A DNA stretch of 34,624 nucleotides. Source: Pseudomonadota bacterium (GTDB taxonomy: Bacteria > Pseudomonadota > Gammaproteobacteria > Ga0077536). A program made the translations under genes and the position numbers. The stretch lies in NCBI GenBank assembly GCA_031418675.1, contig JANOXY010000151.1, forward strand, positions 1 to 34,624. Reading direction: 5' to 3'. The notes beneath the pieces are model-generated. The model ran no database searches. It saw only the letters and a list, made by a program, of their open reading frames with translations, and was not told the origin of the DNA. Shown in pieces: positions 1 to 8,517 of this stretch; position 1 is the stretch's first letter, and every line of letters begins with the position of its first letter.

Positions 1-276
1 TTTGAAGTTGTGGTGACTTACACCGAGGCAGAAACCCAGGCGACGGTGATCAGGGTATTCAGCTGGACGCACGAGCTATTGCAGCCTATCAAGCTGGCCG
101 AACTTGATGACCGACAAAAACAGGGCTATCGAGGTGACGACGAGGTCGCAGTTATAGACGGAAAACTGGTTCGCCTGTTCCAGATTTACGAGCCACGTGA
201 CGGCGGCTGGGCGGTGACGGCCGCGCAGCGCAAACTACACTATGCGTTTGACAGCGGCCGGTGGGTCGCCGATTGA
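1..276 (+). CDS. 5'-truncated protein, C-terminus resembling PliI-like (I-type lysozyme inhibitor-annotated) periplasmic proteins
   Basis: Frame 1 is open from base 1 to TGA at 274-276. The motif GYRGDDEVAVIDGKLVRLFQIY resembles the GYxGxDxFxxxxxxLxRxFPIY motif I recall from PliI-family-annotated proteins. The start lies outside the window. Confidence 0.45.
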   Translation, partial: FEVVVTYTEAETQATVIRVFSWTHELLQPIKLAELDDRQKQGYRGDDEVAVIDGKLVRLFQIYEPRDGGWAVTAAQRKLHYAFDSGRWVAD

Positions 277-363
277 CGAAGGACTGGAGTTAACCGACAA
301 GTGACAGACGCTGCCGCGCCGCACCGGGTCGACTTATCCGCAAAAATTAAGGAGTACACAAGC

Positions 364-1029
364 ATGTCGCTGCTGACGAATACCGTCGAGCAATCGATAG
401 CCAAGCTGCTGGCGCATTGCCACCGTCGAGTTTTTTCGACCAAGGCGGCCATCATTCGGCAAGGCGATCCGGCCGGTGAACTCTTCTTCATCATTCGCGG
501 TTCGGTGACAGTGTTGTTGGAGGACGATAAAGGACACGAAATTGTCCTCGCCTATCTCAATCCCGGTGAGTTCTTCGGAGAAATTGGACTCTTCAACGAA
601 GACGCCAGCCGCACCGCGCTGGTCCGCGCGCGCGGTGAATGCGAAATCGCGCAAATCGGCTACAAGAAGCTCAAAGCCCTGACCGAAATCTATCCTGATT
701 TAATTATTGCCATGACTTCCCAGCTGGCACGTCGGCTACGGAATACCAATCGTAAGCTCGGCGATCTCGCTTTTATGGATGTGTATGGTCGCGTGGCCCG
801 CACGCTGCTCGATCTTTGCGAGCAGCCCGACGCGATGACCCATCCCAATGGCATGCAGGTGCGTGTCACGCGACAGGAATTGTCGCGTCTGGTCGGCTGT
901 TCGCGGGAGATGGTCGGCAAGGTCCTCAAAGACATGGAAGACCAGAATCATATTTCGGCGACCGGCAAGAACATTGTGGTGCTCGGCGTCAGACCCAAGC
1001 GCCTGCAAACCGCCGGGAAATTTCGCTGA
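364..1029 (+). CDS. crp: cAMP receptor protein CRP/Vfr family transcriptional regulator
   Basis: RBS AAGGAG (349-354) precedes ATG 364. cNMP-binding domain (IIRQGD...LFFIIRGSV...FFGEIGLF...RTALVRA), C-helix RRLRNTNRKLGDLAFMDVYGRVARTL and HTH TRQELSRLVGCSREMVGKVLK closely match Vfr/CRP. Confidence 0.95.
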   Translation: MSLLTNTVEQSIAKLLAHCHRRVFSTKAAIIRQGDPAGELFFIIRGSVTVLLEDDKGHEIVLAYLNPGEFFGEIGLFNEDASRTALVRARGECEIAQIGYKKLKALTEIYPDLIIAMTSQLARRLRNTNRKLGDLAFMDVYGRVARTLLDLCEQPDAMTHPNGMQVRVTRQELSRLVGCSREMVGKVLKDMEDQNHISATGKNIVVLGVRPKRLQTAGKFR

Positions 1030-1046
1030 CGATCACTGCTCGACGA

Positions 1047-1286
1047 TTACACCGCCACATCAATATCGCGCAGCTGACGGCGTTTGTCCGATAGAATTTT
1101 CTGCAGCCAGGTGCGACCGAATAGGGCATCTCGGTCGTGGGCCGCACCGCATTCGAGCAGGATGTCCTCAAGCTCCGCGATCTGTTCAACCAGCGATCGC
1201 CAATCCGGCGCGGTGTCGGTGAGCATGAGCCGACCTGGCATTGCGGAACTTGACGCTATCTCTAGGGTTTTATTTCGTTTGCCCAT
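1047..1286 (-). CDS. small hypothetical protein (79 aa)
   Basis: GGGAG RBS upstream of ATG on the minus strand. Fills the gap between crp and the Sel1 gene, with protein-like helical composition. No family recognised. Confidence 0.55.
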   Translation of the reverse strand: MGKRNKTLEIASSSAMPGRLMLTDTAPDWRSLVEQIAELEDILLECGAAHDRDALFGRTWLQKILSDKRRQLRDIDVAV

Positions 1287-1385
1287 GTCTGCTCGCTCCC
1301 GTGTTGTTCGGGATCGCAGTTTAAGCGTGCTGTTTTACCGCCTTGTGACCACACGAGCGACGATGCAGGCAGCACGGCATAACGA

Positions 1386-1414
1386 TGGCCTCTGCTGGCT
1401 CTGCTCCCTATAAT
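1386..1414 (+). promoter_or_regulatory. putative sigma70 promoter for the Sel1-repeat gene
   Basis: Perfect -10 TATAAT at 1409-1414, weak -35 TGGCCT 17 bp upstream, ~90 bp before ATG 1502. Confidence 0.45.
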
Positions 1415-1501
1415 GTGCCGCTAAATCAAGCAGATTTCGACCGGACGCCTTGGCGCGCTTAGGTGGCCACGGCGCTCTCACGCTGCATCCGGAGGACCTC
1501 G

Positions 1502-3643
1502 ATGCGTCTGGCACGCATACTTTGCGCCGCACTTGCACTTTGGTGCGCGGCGCTGACCGCTGACGACTTCGAGCAATTGCGCGATGCTGCTGCGCGGGGC
1601 GACTACTCCGTCGCGGTGCCGGCCCTACAAGCGGCCGCAGCGCGTGATGATCCCCGTGCCATCGGCCTACTGGCTTCGCTCTATCAGCATGGTCGGGGCT
1701 TTCCCCACGACGCCGCCAAGGCGCTGTCCCTGTACAGCCGTGCAGCCGAGCTCGGTGACGCCGACGCACAGTTCAAGCTCGGCAACATGTATAGGCTGGG
1801 TGAGGGTGTGCCAATCGATGAGGCTTGGGCGCTGACGTATTACCGCCAGGCAGCGGCGCAGGGACACAGCGCCGCTGCGCGAAATCTGGATGAGCTGTAT
1901 CGCGCTTCTGGACTTTTGCCAACGCCTGCTGCTGCAAGTGTCAGCCCGCCGGTCCGCCTACTCCCCGCCGCTGCGGCACCGCCAGACACTGCGACTGCCG
2001 CATCGCGCGATCAGCCAGCAGCTTCTGCTTCAAGCGCGACGAGTGGCGCAACCAGTGGACCGTCGGACGATGAGCTGCGCGCGATTGAGCTCGCTCGCGC
2101 GGCCGGCATCGAAGTCGTACTCGACGCCGATGCGGCTAGCCCCGCGCCGCCGGTGGTGCCCATGCCGCGTTCTACTGCTGCCAAGGGCAGCGCGGAGGGG
2201 CCTCCGGTTTTCACGCCATCGTCCGCGGTTTCCGATCCCGATACCGTGGAGAACAACGAAGAAGGAATGGCGGCTTACCAGACGGCTCAACGCCACATGC
2301 GCGGACAAGGCGTCCCGCGTGATCAGGCGACGGGTCTGCAATGGTTGCAGCGCGCTGCCCGTGCCGGCCATGTTGAAGCAAAATTCGAACTTGCTCTTCA
2401 TTATTTTACAGGCCAAGGCGTCAATCCTGACGAAGCCATGGCTATCACGCTTCTGCGCGATGCAACCCAGGCTGGTCACCCGCAGGCACGCGCAAAGCTC
2501 AAGCAGGTTTATGCAGCCGCCGGTGTGCCCATGCCGGCGCTGGTGCGTCCGCAGGCGTCGGCCATGCCGATGTCCACGGGTGACAGGGTCGCGGCGGCAC
2601 TTCCTGTGAATGCCGTGCAAGCGCCTGCCGAGCGCATCGCCCCAGCGCTGCCGACTGCAGTAGTGGCAGGTAATTCGGACCTTGCCGGTCCGACCAGCGA
2701 GCGCCACGCGACGCGTGGCGCTGTGGCCGGCATGATGGCCAACGCCGCTGCTGAGGAAGAGTCGGATCTGGTCGAACCGGCTGTAGACATCGAAGAATCA
2801 GTACCCGCGTCCGTAACGGAGGTCGAAACGGCGCCACAAGCACAGGTGGCCGCCGTGGCAAAATCTGCAACCGTGACCAACACCGTTTCCGGCGCGTCAG
2901 CGCCCACAGCTGTGTCCTCACTGCCGCAGAATGTTAAGCGCGGCGAAAGCGTCGCTCTCAACCCGGCTGCGACCTTGGCGGATGCGCGTGCTGCCCTCGA
3001 TGCCCACGAGCTCACTCGCGCAGCTTCGATTTTTACCACCTTGGCTGAGCGAGGTGATGCAGAGGCCCAGGCACATATTGGTTACATGACCTATCAAGGC
3101 GAAGGTGTGCGCGGCGACAAGGCCAAGGCTGTGCAGTGGTATCGCAAGGCGGCGCTGCAAGGCAATCGTGATGCACAGTACAACCTTGCCGTTGCGTTGG
3201 CGTTTGGCGACGGTGTGGCACGCAACGATGCCGAAGCTTTGCAGTGGTATCGCCGCGCCGCGGAGCAGGGTAGCGCCGTTGCGCAATACAGCTTAGGCCT
3301 GTCTTACGCTCTTGGTGATGGCGCGGTGCAAAGCGATCAGGATGCGATCAAATGGTACAGCGCTGCAGCGGAGCAGGGCTACGCAGATGCCCAATACAAT
3401 CTCGGTGAGATGCTGTATGCCGGCCGCGGAGCGGCTACCAGCGAACATGACGCATTGCACTGGTTCCGGGAAGCGGCGAGAAATGGCAACGCCGCGGCCC
3501 AGTACCGGCTAGGCAATTTTTATCGTGATGGTAACGGCGTCAAGCGTGACGCGACGGAAGCCAAACATTGGTACCAACTTGCCGCAGCGCAAGGTCATCG
3601 CGAAGCCCAGGCTGGGCTCGCAGCACTGCAGGCCGCTCGATGA
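1502..3643 (+). CDS. secreted Sel1-like repeat (SLR) protein
   Basis: RBS GGAGG (1491-1495) before ATG 1502 and signal peptide MRLARILCAALALWCAALTA. Nine 36-aa Sel1 repeats (e.g. ADAQYNLGEMLYAGRGAATSEHDALHWFREAARNGN) in clusters of 2+2+5, separated by Ala/Pro/Ser-rich linkers. Confidence 0.9.
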   Translation: MRLARILCAALALWCAALTADDFEQLRDAAARGDYSVAVPALQAAAARDDPRAIGLLASLYQHGRGFPHDAAKALSLYSRAAELGDADAQFKLGNMYRLGEGVPIDEAWALTYYRQAAAQGHSAAARNLDELYRASGLLPTPAAASVSPPVRLLPAAAAPPDTATAASRDQPAASASSATSGATSGPSDDELRAIELARAAGIEVVLDADAASPAPPVVPMPRSTAAKGSAEGPPVFTPSSAVSDPDTVENNEEGMAAYQTAQRHMRGQGVPRDQATGLQWLQRAARAGHVEAKFELALHYFTGQGVNPDEAMAITLLRDATQAGHPQARAKLKQVYAAAGVPMPALVRPQASAMPMSTGDRVAAALPVNAVQAPAERIAPALPTAVVAGNSDLAGPTSERHATRGAVAGMMANAAAEEESDLVEPAVDIEESVPASVTEVETAPQAQVAAVAKSATVTNTVSGASAPTAVSSLPQNVKRGESVALNPAATLADARAALDAHELTRAASIFTTLAERGDAEAQAHIGYMTYQGEGVRGDKAKAVQWYRKAALQGNRDAQYNLAVALAFGDGVARNDAEALQWYRRAAEQGSAVAQYSLGLSYALGDGAVQSDQDAIKWYSAAAEQGYADAQYNLGEMLYAGRGAATSEHDALHWFREAARNGNAAAQYRLGNFYRDGNGVKRDATEAKHWYQLAAAQGHREAQAGLAALQAAR

Positions 3644-3661
3644 GTACTAGACGGTCAGGGC

Positions 3662-3718
3662 CAGGCTGCCGGGTCTGCAGCCGAGGAAGACGCCAGTACT
3701 GGCTGCGTGTGCAGCCTG
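3662..3718. terminator. paired GC-rich hairpins between convergent genes
   Basis: GGCTGC/GCAGCC inverted repeats at 3664-3682 and 3701-3716, outer CAGGCTGC/GCAGCCTG pairing and a central palindrome CCAGTACTGG. No U-tract, so the terminator role is uncertain. Confidence 0.3.
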
Positions 3719-3730
3719 TGCGCGGTTAGT

Positions 3731-5302
3731 TCAGCCCACTAGCCGTTCGACGTCAACGGCTACCGGACCGCTGAATGGTGGACGACCGGGCGCGATTACC
3801 TTACCCATGCGCATCAAGCGTGCCCAATCGTCGTCGCTTATGTCGCTGCGGTGGCGGCGATGGATCTCCTCGCACAACGCCACGAATTCGTCGTGCCGCT
3901 CGTTCAGATAATAGATTTCCGCGAGTCGAAGTTTGGCGCGACGGTTGTCGGGCCCAGCCGCTATGACCTGCTTGAGCATGCTTTCGGCATCGTCGTAGCG
4001 GCCGTGGGCGATGTGAGACTCGATATCTTCCATTGATGTGAGCCCACCGCCCAGAAGGTCGGCAGGTCGCAAACCACTGGACATGGAATCTTCGGCAGTG
4101 GTCTTACGGCCGGTGATCATGCGTCGGACTTCATCCTCAAGCCGTACGCGCTTTTCAGTCTTGCGCGCGATCTCTGCTACGCGGTCGCGGTCCGCGCTGC
4201 GCACGCCCGCGTCGACTCGCCGGCCGCGCACACGCTGAGCGCGATGTAATGTCAGCGTTACCAGCGCAATTCCGAGCGCAGCACCAGCTAGGATCAGCAG
4301 CGGTCTACCACCAACGTAGTTGTCGCGTATGGTTGATTCCAGGTTCGTGATATTGGACGCCGCTGGCGGCGGCAACTGCGTCTTCGCAACTGGAGCGGCT
4401 TTGCTGAGGGTTTTCGGCGATTTCCCGCTCGCTTCCATGACCTGCGCCGCGGCAGGTCTGTTTTGGGCCGGCGCACTCGTTGCCAGCGAAATATCGGGTC
4501 GAGTGACCTTCGGTTTTTCCTGATCGGCATAGCGCGCTCGAATCAATGCAAACTGCCGTCCGAGCCGATCGAGGCGAGCGGTCAGCGCCGGGTCGCCAAC
4601 AGCGGAGCCGTTTCCGGTACGCGGTGCTACCGATGTAAGGGTGCTGGCCGTCGCTGTGGCGATACCCACCGTACCGGGTAAGCGCAGCATCGCACCTACG
4701 CGCAGGCGGGTTGCATCACCGCCAACAAATGCGGACGGATTCATGGCCACAATCGTTTTCATGAGCCTCGCGGACGGGCCGCGGGCAAGGCCGATTTCCT
4801 GCAGGATGCGCCACAACGATTGCCCAGGCCGCACAGGGCCATAGCTGCCATTGGGCGTCATTGCCACGGTGGGCGCGGCGGGCGCCGGCAATGACCGTGA
4901 GATGGTGCGGGCGGGAGGCGGCGTCGTCGCAGCCGGCAGCGTTAACGAATAGCGCTGGATGAGGGCAAGCGAGCCTTCTTTCAGCCGGACCCGTAATGCG
5001 AGCTGCGCCCGATCGAGTGCCGTGCTGCTGGCGATCGCAATGTAAAGCTCACCGCTGTCGTTGCTCTCGATCCGGGCATGCACACCAAGTTTTGCAAGGG
5101 TGTCCTGCGGGGCTCCAAACTCAGGCATGATCTCAACCGATAGAGCGTCGCCCGCGGTGGCTGGCGTGCCATAGAGCGCGACGCGCGCTGACAATGGTTG
5201 ACCGCGCGACGACTCACTGCTGATCTGACCCAGCTGCAGCGCCAAGGCATCGCGGCCCAAGGTCAATATGAACAGCACACTGGAAATTCTCGGTATAGTC
5301 AT
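3731..5302 (-). CDS. FimV/HubP-like polar landmark protein, short form (FimV N-domain + LysM + TM + TPR)
   Basis: Signal peptide, then ALQLGQISSESSRGQPLSARVAL (FimV N-terminus), LysM-like YGPVRPGQSLWRI...NPSAFVGGDATRLRVGAMLRLP, TM PLLILAGAALGIALVTLTL, and cytoplasmic TPR HIAHGRYDDAESMLKQVIAAGPDNRRAKLRLAEIY. Confidence 0.8.
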   Translation of the reverse strand: MTIPRISSVLFILTLGRDALALQLGQISSESSRGQPLSARVALYGTPATAGDALSVEIMPEFGAPQDTLAKLGVHARIESNDSGELYIAIASSTALDRAQLALRVRLKEGSLALIQRYSLTLPAATTPPPARTISRSLPAPAAPTVAMTPNGSYGPVRPGQSLWRILQEIGLARGPSARLMKTIVAMNPSAFVGGDATRLRVGAMLRLPGTVGIATATASTLTSVAPRTGNGSAVGDPALTARLDRLGRQFALIRARYADQEKPKVTRPDISLATSAPAQNRPAAAQVMEASGKSPKTLSKAAPVAKTQLPPPAASNITNLESTIRDNYVGGRPLLILAGAALGIALVTLTLHRAQRVRGRRVDAGVRSADRDRVAEIARKTEKRVRLEDEVRRMITGRKTTAEDSMSSGLRPADLLGGGLTSMEDIESHIAHGRYDDAESMLKQVIAAGPDNRRAKLRLAEIYYLNERHDEFVALCEEIHRRHRSDISDDDWARLMRMGKVIAPGRPPFSGPVAVDVERLVG

Positions 5303-5476
5303 AGATATCTCTGCGCGCCGGACCTGGCTAAAACAGATGTCCTTGTGGATGCATCAAAGGCGTTACCGCGGGATTTCTCGCGAGTGCCGTGAGTGCCAGC
5401 CATCTGTGTCAGGCTTAGCGGCGGGGGCTGGCGATTCTTAACCCCCCCCAATTGTCGCTCAGCTGGAGTGTTCATC

Positions 5477-6064
5477 TTGCAGGCCAAAGCTTTTGATCAA
5501 GCCTATTTCGAACGGTTTTATTACAACCGGCGCACACGTATTGCCGAGCCGACCTATTTTGACGAGCTGGCGGGTTTTGTCGGGACCTACCTGAAACTGC
5601 TGGATTGCCCCGTGGGTCGGATCCTCGATATCGGCTGTGGCGCGGGCCTGCTCCATCGCGGGCTGCGTCGAGCTTTTCATGGCGTGAAAATTGATGCCTG
5701 CGATGTCAGCGAATACGCTTGCCAACGTTATGGTTGGCAACACTGCAGTATCGAAGACCTCGAAGTGAAAGGCAGCTACGACTTGGTCATCTGTCACGAC
5801 GTTTTGCAGTACCTGGACGACGATGCCGCCGCCCATGCCATCGAAAAGCTCGCGGCACTCAGCCATTGCGCTTTACTGTTTGGTGTTTTGACCCGCGAAG
5901 ACTGGGAAGAGAACTGCGACCAGGAATTGACCGATGGTCAGGCCTACATGCGACCCACGCAATGGTATCGGCCGCGGCTCGGTGCGCATTTCCGCAACGC
6001 CGGTGGCGGCGTGTTTATCCGGCGCGATGCGGGTGTTGTCATGTATTCGCTGGAAGCAATTTGA
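5477..6064 (+). CDS. class I SAM-dependent methyltransferase
   Basis: Motif I ILDIGCGAG, IDACDVS and YDLVICHDVLQY. RBS GGAG (5465-5468) 8 nt before a TTG start at 5477. Confidence 0.85.
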   Translation: MQAKAFDQAYFERFYYNRRTRIAEPTYFDELAGFVGTYLKLLDCPVGRILDIGCGAGLLHRGLRRAFHGVKIDACDVSEYACQRYGWQHCSIEDLEVKGSYDLVICHDVLQYLDDDAAAHAIEKLAALSHCALLFGVLTREDWEENCDQELTDGQAYMRPTQWYRPRLGAHFRNAGGGVFIRRDAGVVMYSLEAI

Positions 6065-6076
6065 ACGGGCCGGGTG

Positions 6077-6637
6077 TTAGGTTCCGAATGGAACGAAACT
6101 CAAAGCCAGACCATTGTTGCACCAGCGTTGCCCACTAGGGGCGGGGCCGTCGTCGAATACATGGCCTTGATGGCCGCCGCATTTCACGCAGTGGTATTCG
6201 GTGCGCGGCCACACCAGTTTGAAGTCCTTTTTGGATGCCAGATGAGCTTCGATGCTGGTGAAGAAACTGGGCCAGCCGGTACCGCTGTCGTATTTCATGG
6301 CTGAAGTAAAGAGCGGCAGATTGCAGGCACGGCAGACAAACAGGCCATCGCGCTTTTCTTCGTTCAGGTCGTTGCTGAAGGGACGTTCAGTATCCTCTTC
6401 AAACAACACGCGGTAGGCATCGGCCGGCAATTGCGCGCGCCATTCAGCGTGGCTGCGTTTCAGCGCTGGCTGCGGTTCGATGATCGCTAAGCCTGCAGTC
6501 CGCAAAGCTTGCCAGTTGTTGCGCAGCTGGGCCAAGGCAGCCGCGTTAGTGGGTGGCGCGGCGAGCGCAGGGCGCAAGCCCAATACGCCACTGATAAGAC
6601 CGCTGACACCCAATTGCAAAATGATTCTGCGTTTCAT
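6077..6637 (-). CDS. msrB: peptide-methionine (R)-S-oxide reductase MsrB, Tat signal peptide
   Basis: TERPF, Zn motifs CRAC and CVKC, KYDSGTGWPSF, HQGHVFDDGP and catalytic RWCNNG. The N-terminus MKRRIILQLGVSGLISGVLGLRPALA is a twin-arginine signal. Confidence 0.93.
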   Translation of the reverse strand: MKRRIILQLGVSGLISGVLGLRPALAAPPTNAAALAQLRNNWQALRTAGLAIIEPQPALKRSHAEWRAQLPADAYRVLFEEDTERPFSNDLNEEKRDGLFVCRACNLPLFTSAMKYDSGTGWPSFFTSIEAHLASKKDFKLVWPRTEYHCVKCGGHQGHVFDDGPAPSGQRWCNNGLALSFVPFGT

Positions 6638-6712
6638 CAATGTATTCCCTATCCGCAATGGCCATTGAGAGCGCCATTGCGCACCGAGGTTCCCGCACTC
6701 CGGCAAAGGACA

Positions 6713-8281
6713 TCAGTTTTCGAGATAGCGGGCCATGAACTGTTCGAAGGGCTCGGATTGCTCGGCTTCCAGCCGTGCCTGTTCGGCGTGGGAAGCACTC
6801 GCCAGGGACTCAAATTCGCGACTGGCCTCGGCACTCGGTGGTCGCGCGAGGAAGTTGGCGCGGTGTTGCAGGGAAAGTTGGCGGGTATAGCTGTGGAATT
6901 CGCCTTGCGATTCGCGCAGTGCCGCCAGCACCCGCGCCGACGGTAGTAATTCCGGCGCATTCAGCGCTTCGACCTGACGTGCCACCGCATCCCGGTAAAC
7001 CGTGCTGTCCTGGTGCGCGTCCAGGTGAGCAGCGAGGGCTTGCATTCGGGTACAGATTTCAAGGCTCCAATCGTGCAACAGCACGCGCCCTCCGTTTCGT
7101 ACCAGTTCCAGTCCAGGTGTGCGACCACGCAGCGCGATGGTTAATTCGTTGTATTCGATCTCGTGCAATTCTTCGGCGGTCAGGTTGGGGCTTTCTTCCA
7201 GCAGGCAAAACAGCAGAAAAACCTCGGTGAAGTACAACTGCTCGATGGCGACGCCGGTCGGCTCCATACAATTTACGTCCAAGGCGCGCACTTCAACGTA
7301 CTCCACACCGCGTTTTTCGAGCGCGTCGCTCGGCCGTTCGCCGGGCATGGTGGTGCGTTTGGGGCGAATGTAGCTGTAGTACTCGTTTTCGATCTGCAGC
7401 ACGCTGGTCGTGAGTTGAATTATTTTGTCACCATCGCGCGTGCCGATGGCCTCGTATTCCGGATACGGCAGTTTGAGTGCGCGACGCAGGTCGGCGACAT
7501 AGCTCGCAAGATTGTCGTGAGACACTAACAACGCCGACTGATTTTTGTTCTTGTAGCCGATATCGCTCATGCGCAACGAAGTGGCATAGGGCAGATAGAA
7601 AGTGCCGCGCTGCATCTGATGAAAGCGGGTGGTGCGGCCGGCCAGGAACGATTTGCATACCGCCGGTGAATTACCGAACAACAGCGGCACCATCCAGCCA
7701 AAGCGCTTAAAGTTGCGGATCAGGGCGAAATAGCGATCGTTGATAAAGTCCTGCAACGCGCCACGATGGCCTTCGTCGCTTTGAAAGGCCGGCCAGAATT
7801 CCGTAGGGAAGGAGTAGTTGAAATGTACGCCAGCAATGGCCTGCATGCGCCGGCCGTAGCGGTAGTCGAGGCCGACGCGATAGGTGTGTTTGAGGCGGCC
7901 GATGTTCGAGCTGCCATAATCGGCGAGTGGTATCGCGCTGTCGTCGGCCACGGCGCAAGGCATACTGCCCGCCCAGAGTACTTCGCCATCCGCCAGATGC
8001 TGGTAAGCAAAGCGATGCACATCGTCCAGAAAGCGCACGGTGTCGCGACAATCGGCAAAGGCCGGCGTGATGAACTCGGCCAGCGCTTCGGAATAGTCGG
8101 TCGTGATGCACGGATGGGTGAGGGCCGCGCCCCAGGCATGGGGATGGGGCGTCAGGGCGATGGCGCCATTGGCTGAGATCCTGAGACTTTCCTTTTCGAG
8201 TCCTTTTCTGCCGCCACCAAGTAACTTGGCGGCGCCGGAAGCGAGCATGCGCTCCAGGCGTTGTTCTAATTGTGGTCGCAT
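6713..8281 (-). CDS. gshA: glutamate--cysteine ligase
   Basis: GLEKESLRI, LTHPCITTDYSEALAEFIT, RYGRRMQAIAGVHFNYSF, LPYATSLRMSDIGY, LQIENEYYSYIRPKR, GVEYVEVRALDVN. Confidence 0.96.
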   Translation of the reverse strand: MRPQLEQRLERMLASGAAKLLGGGRKGLEKESLRISANGAIALTPHPHAWGAALTHPCITTDYSEALAEFITPAFADCRDTVRFLDDVHRFAYQHLADGEVLWAGSMPCAVADDSAIPLADYGSSNIGRLKHTYRVGLDYRYGRRMQAIAGVHFNYSFPTEFWPAFQSDEGHRGALQDFINDRYFALIRNFKRFGWMVPLLFGNSPAVCKSFLAGRTTRFHQMQRGTFYLPYATSLRMSDIGYKNKNQSALLVSHDNLASYVADLRRALKLPYPEYEAIGTRDGDKIIQLTTSVLQIENEYYSYIRPKRTTMPGERPSDALEKRGVEYVEVRALDVNCMEPTGVAIEQLYFTEVFLLFCLLEESPNLTAEELHEIEYNELTIALRGRTPGLELVRNGGRVLLHDWSLEICTRMQALAAHLDAHQDSTVYRDAVARQVEALNAPELLPSARVLAALRESQGEFHSYTRQLSLQHRANFLARPPSAEASREFESLASASHAEQARLEAEQSEPFEQFMARYLEN

Positions 8282-8338
8282 AAGGTGTGAAGCTCGAAGC
8301 GCATGCTTGGGCGAGCACGCGAGGTTGATCGAAGCGCC

Positions 8339-8347
8339 AGTATAGCA
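8339..8347 (-). promoter_or_regulatory. extended -10 promoter element for gshA
   Basis: Minus strand reads TGC-TATACT (TGn plus near-consensus -10), ~58 bp upstream of the gshA ATG. Confidence 0.45.
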
Positions 8348-8517
8348 GCGCCGTTCGCTGCCGAGACCAGGCTAAAGCCACCGCAACACGGCACCAGCGA
8401 GTACCTGGACTTGTCACACGACAGCAAGCAAGAATGGGCTATCCATGGATAGGCCAGTCGCCGACCAGGCGAGCGGCGAATTCGGCGTCGGACGCGCATC
8501 ATACGAGGGTGTTTGAG

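Noticed and set aside
1344-1359. TGTGA upstream of the Sel1 promoter as a CRP site
   Set aside because: Only one half-site (TGTGA-N6-GAGCG); insufficient evidence.
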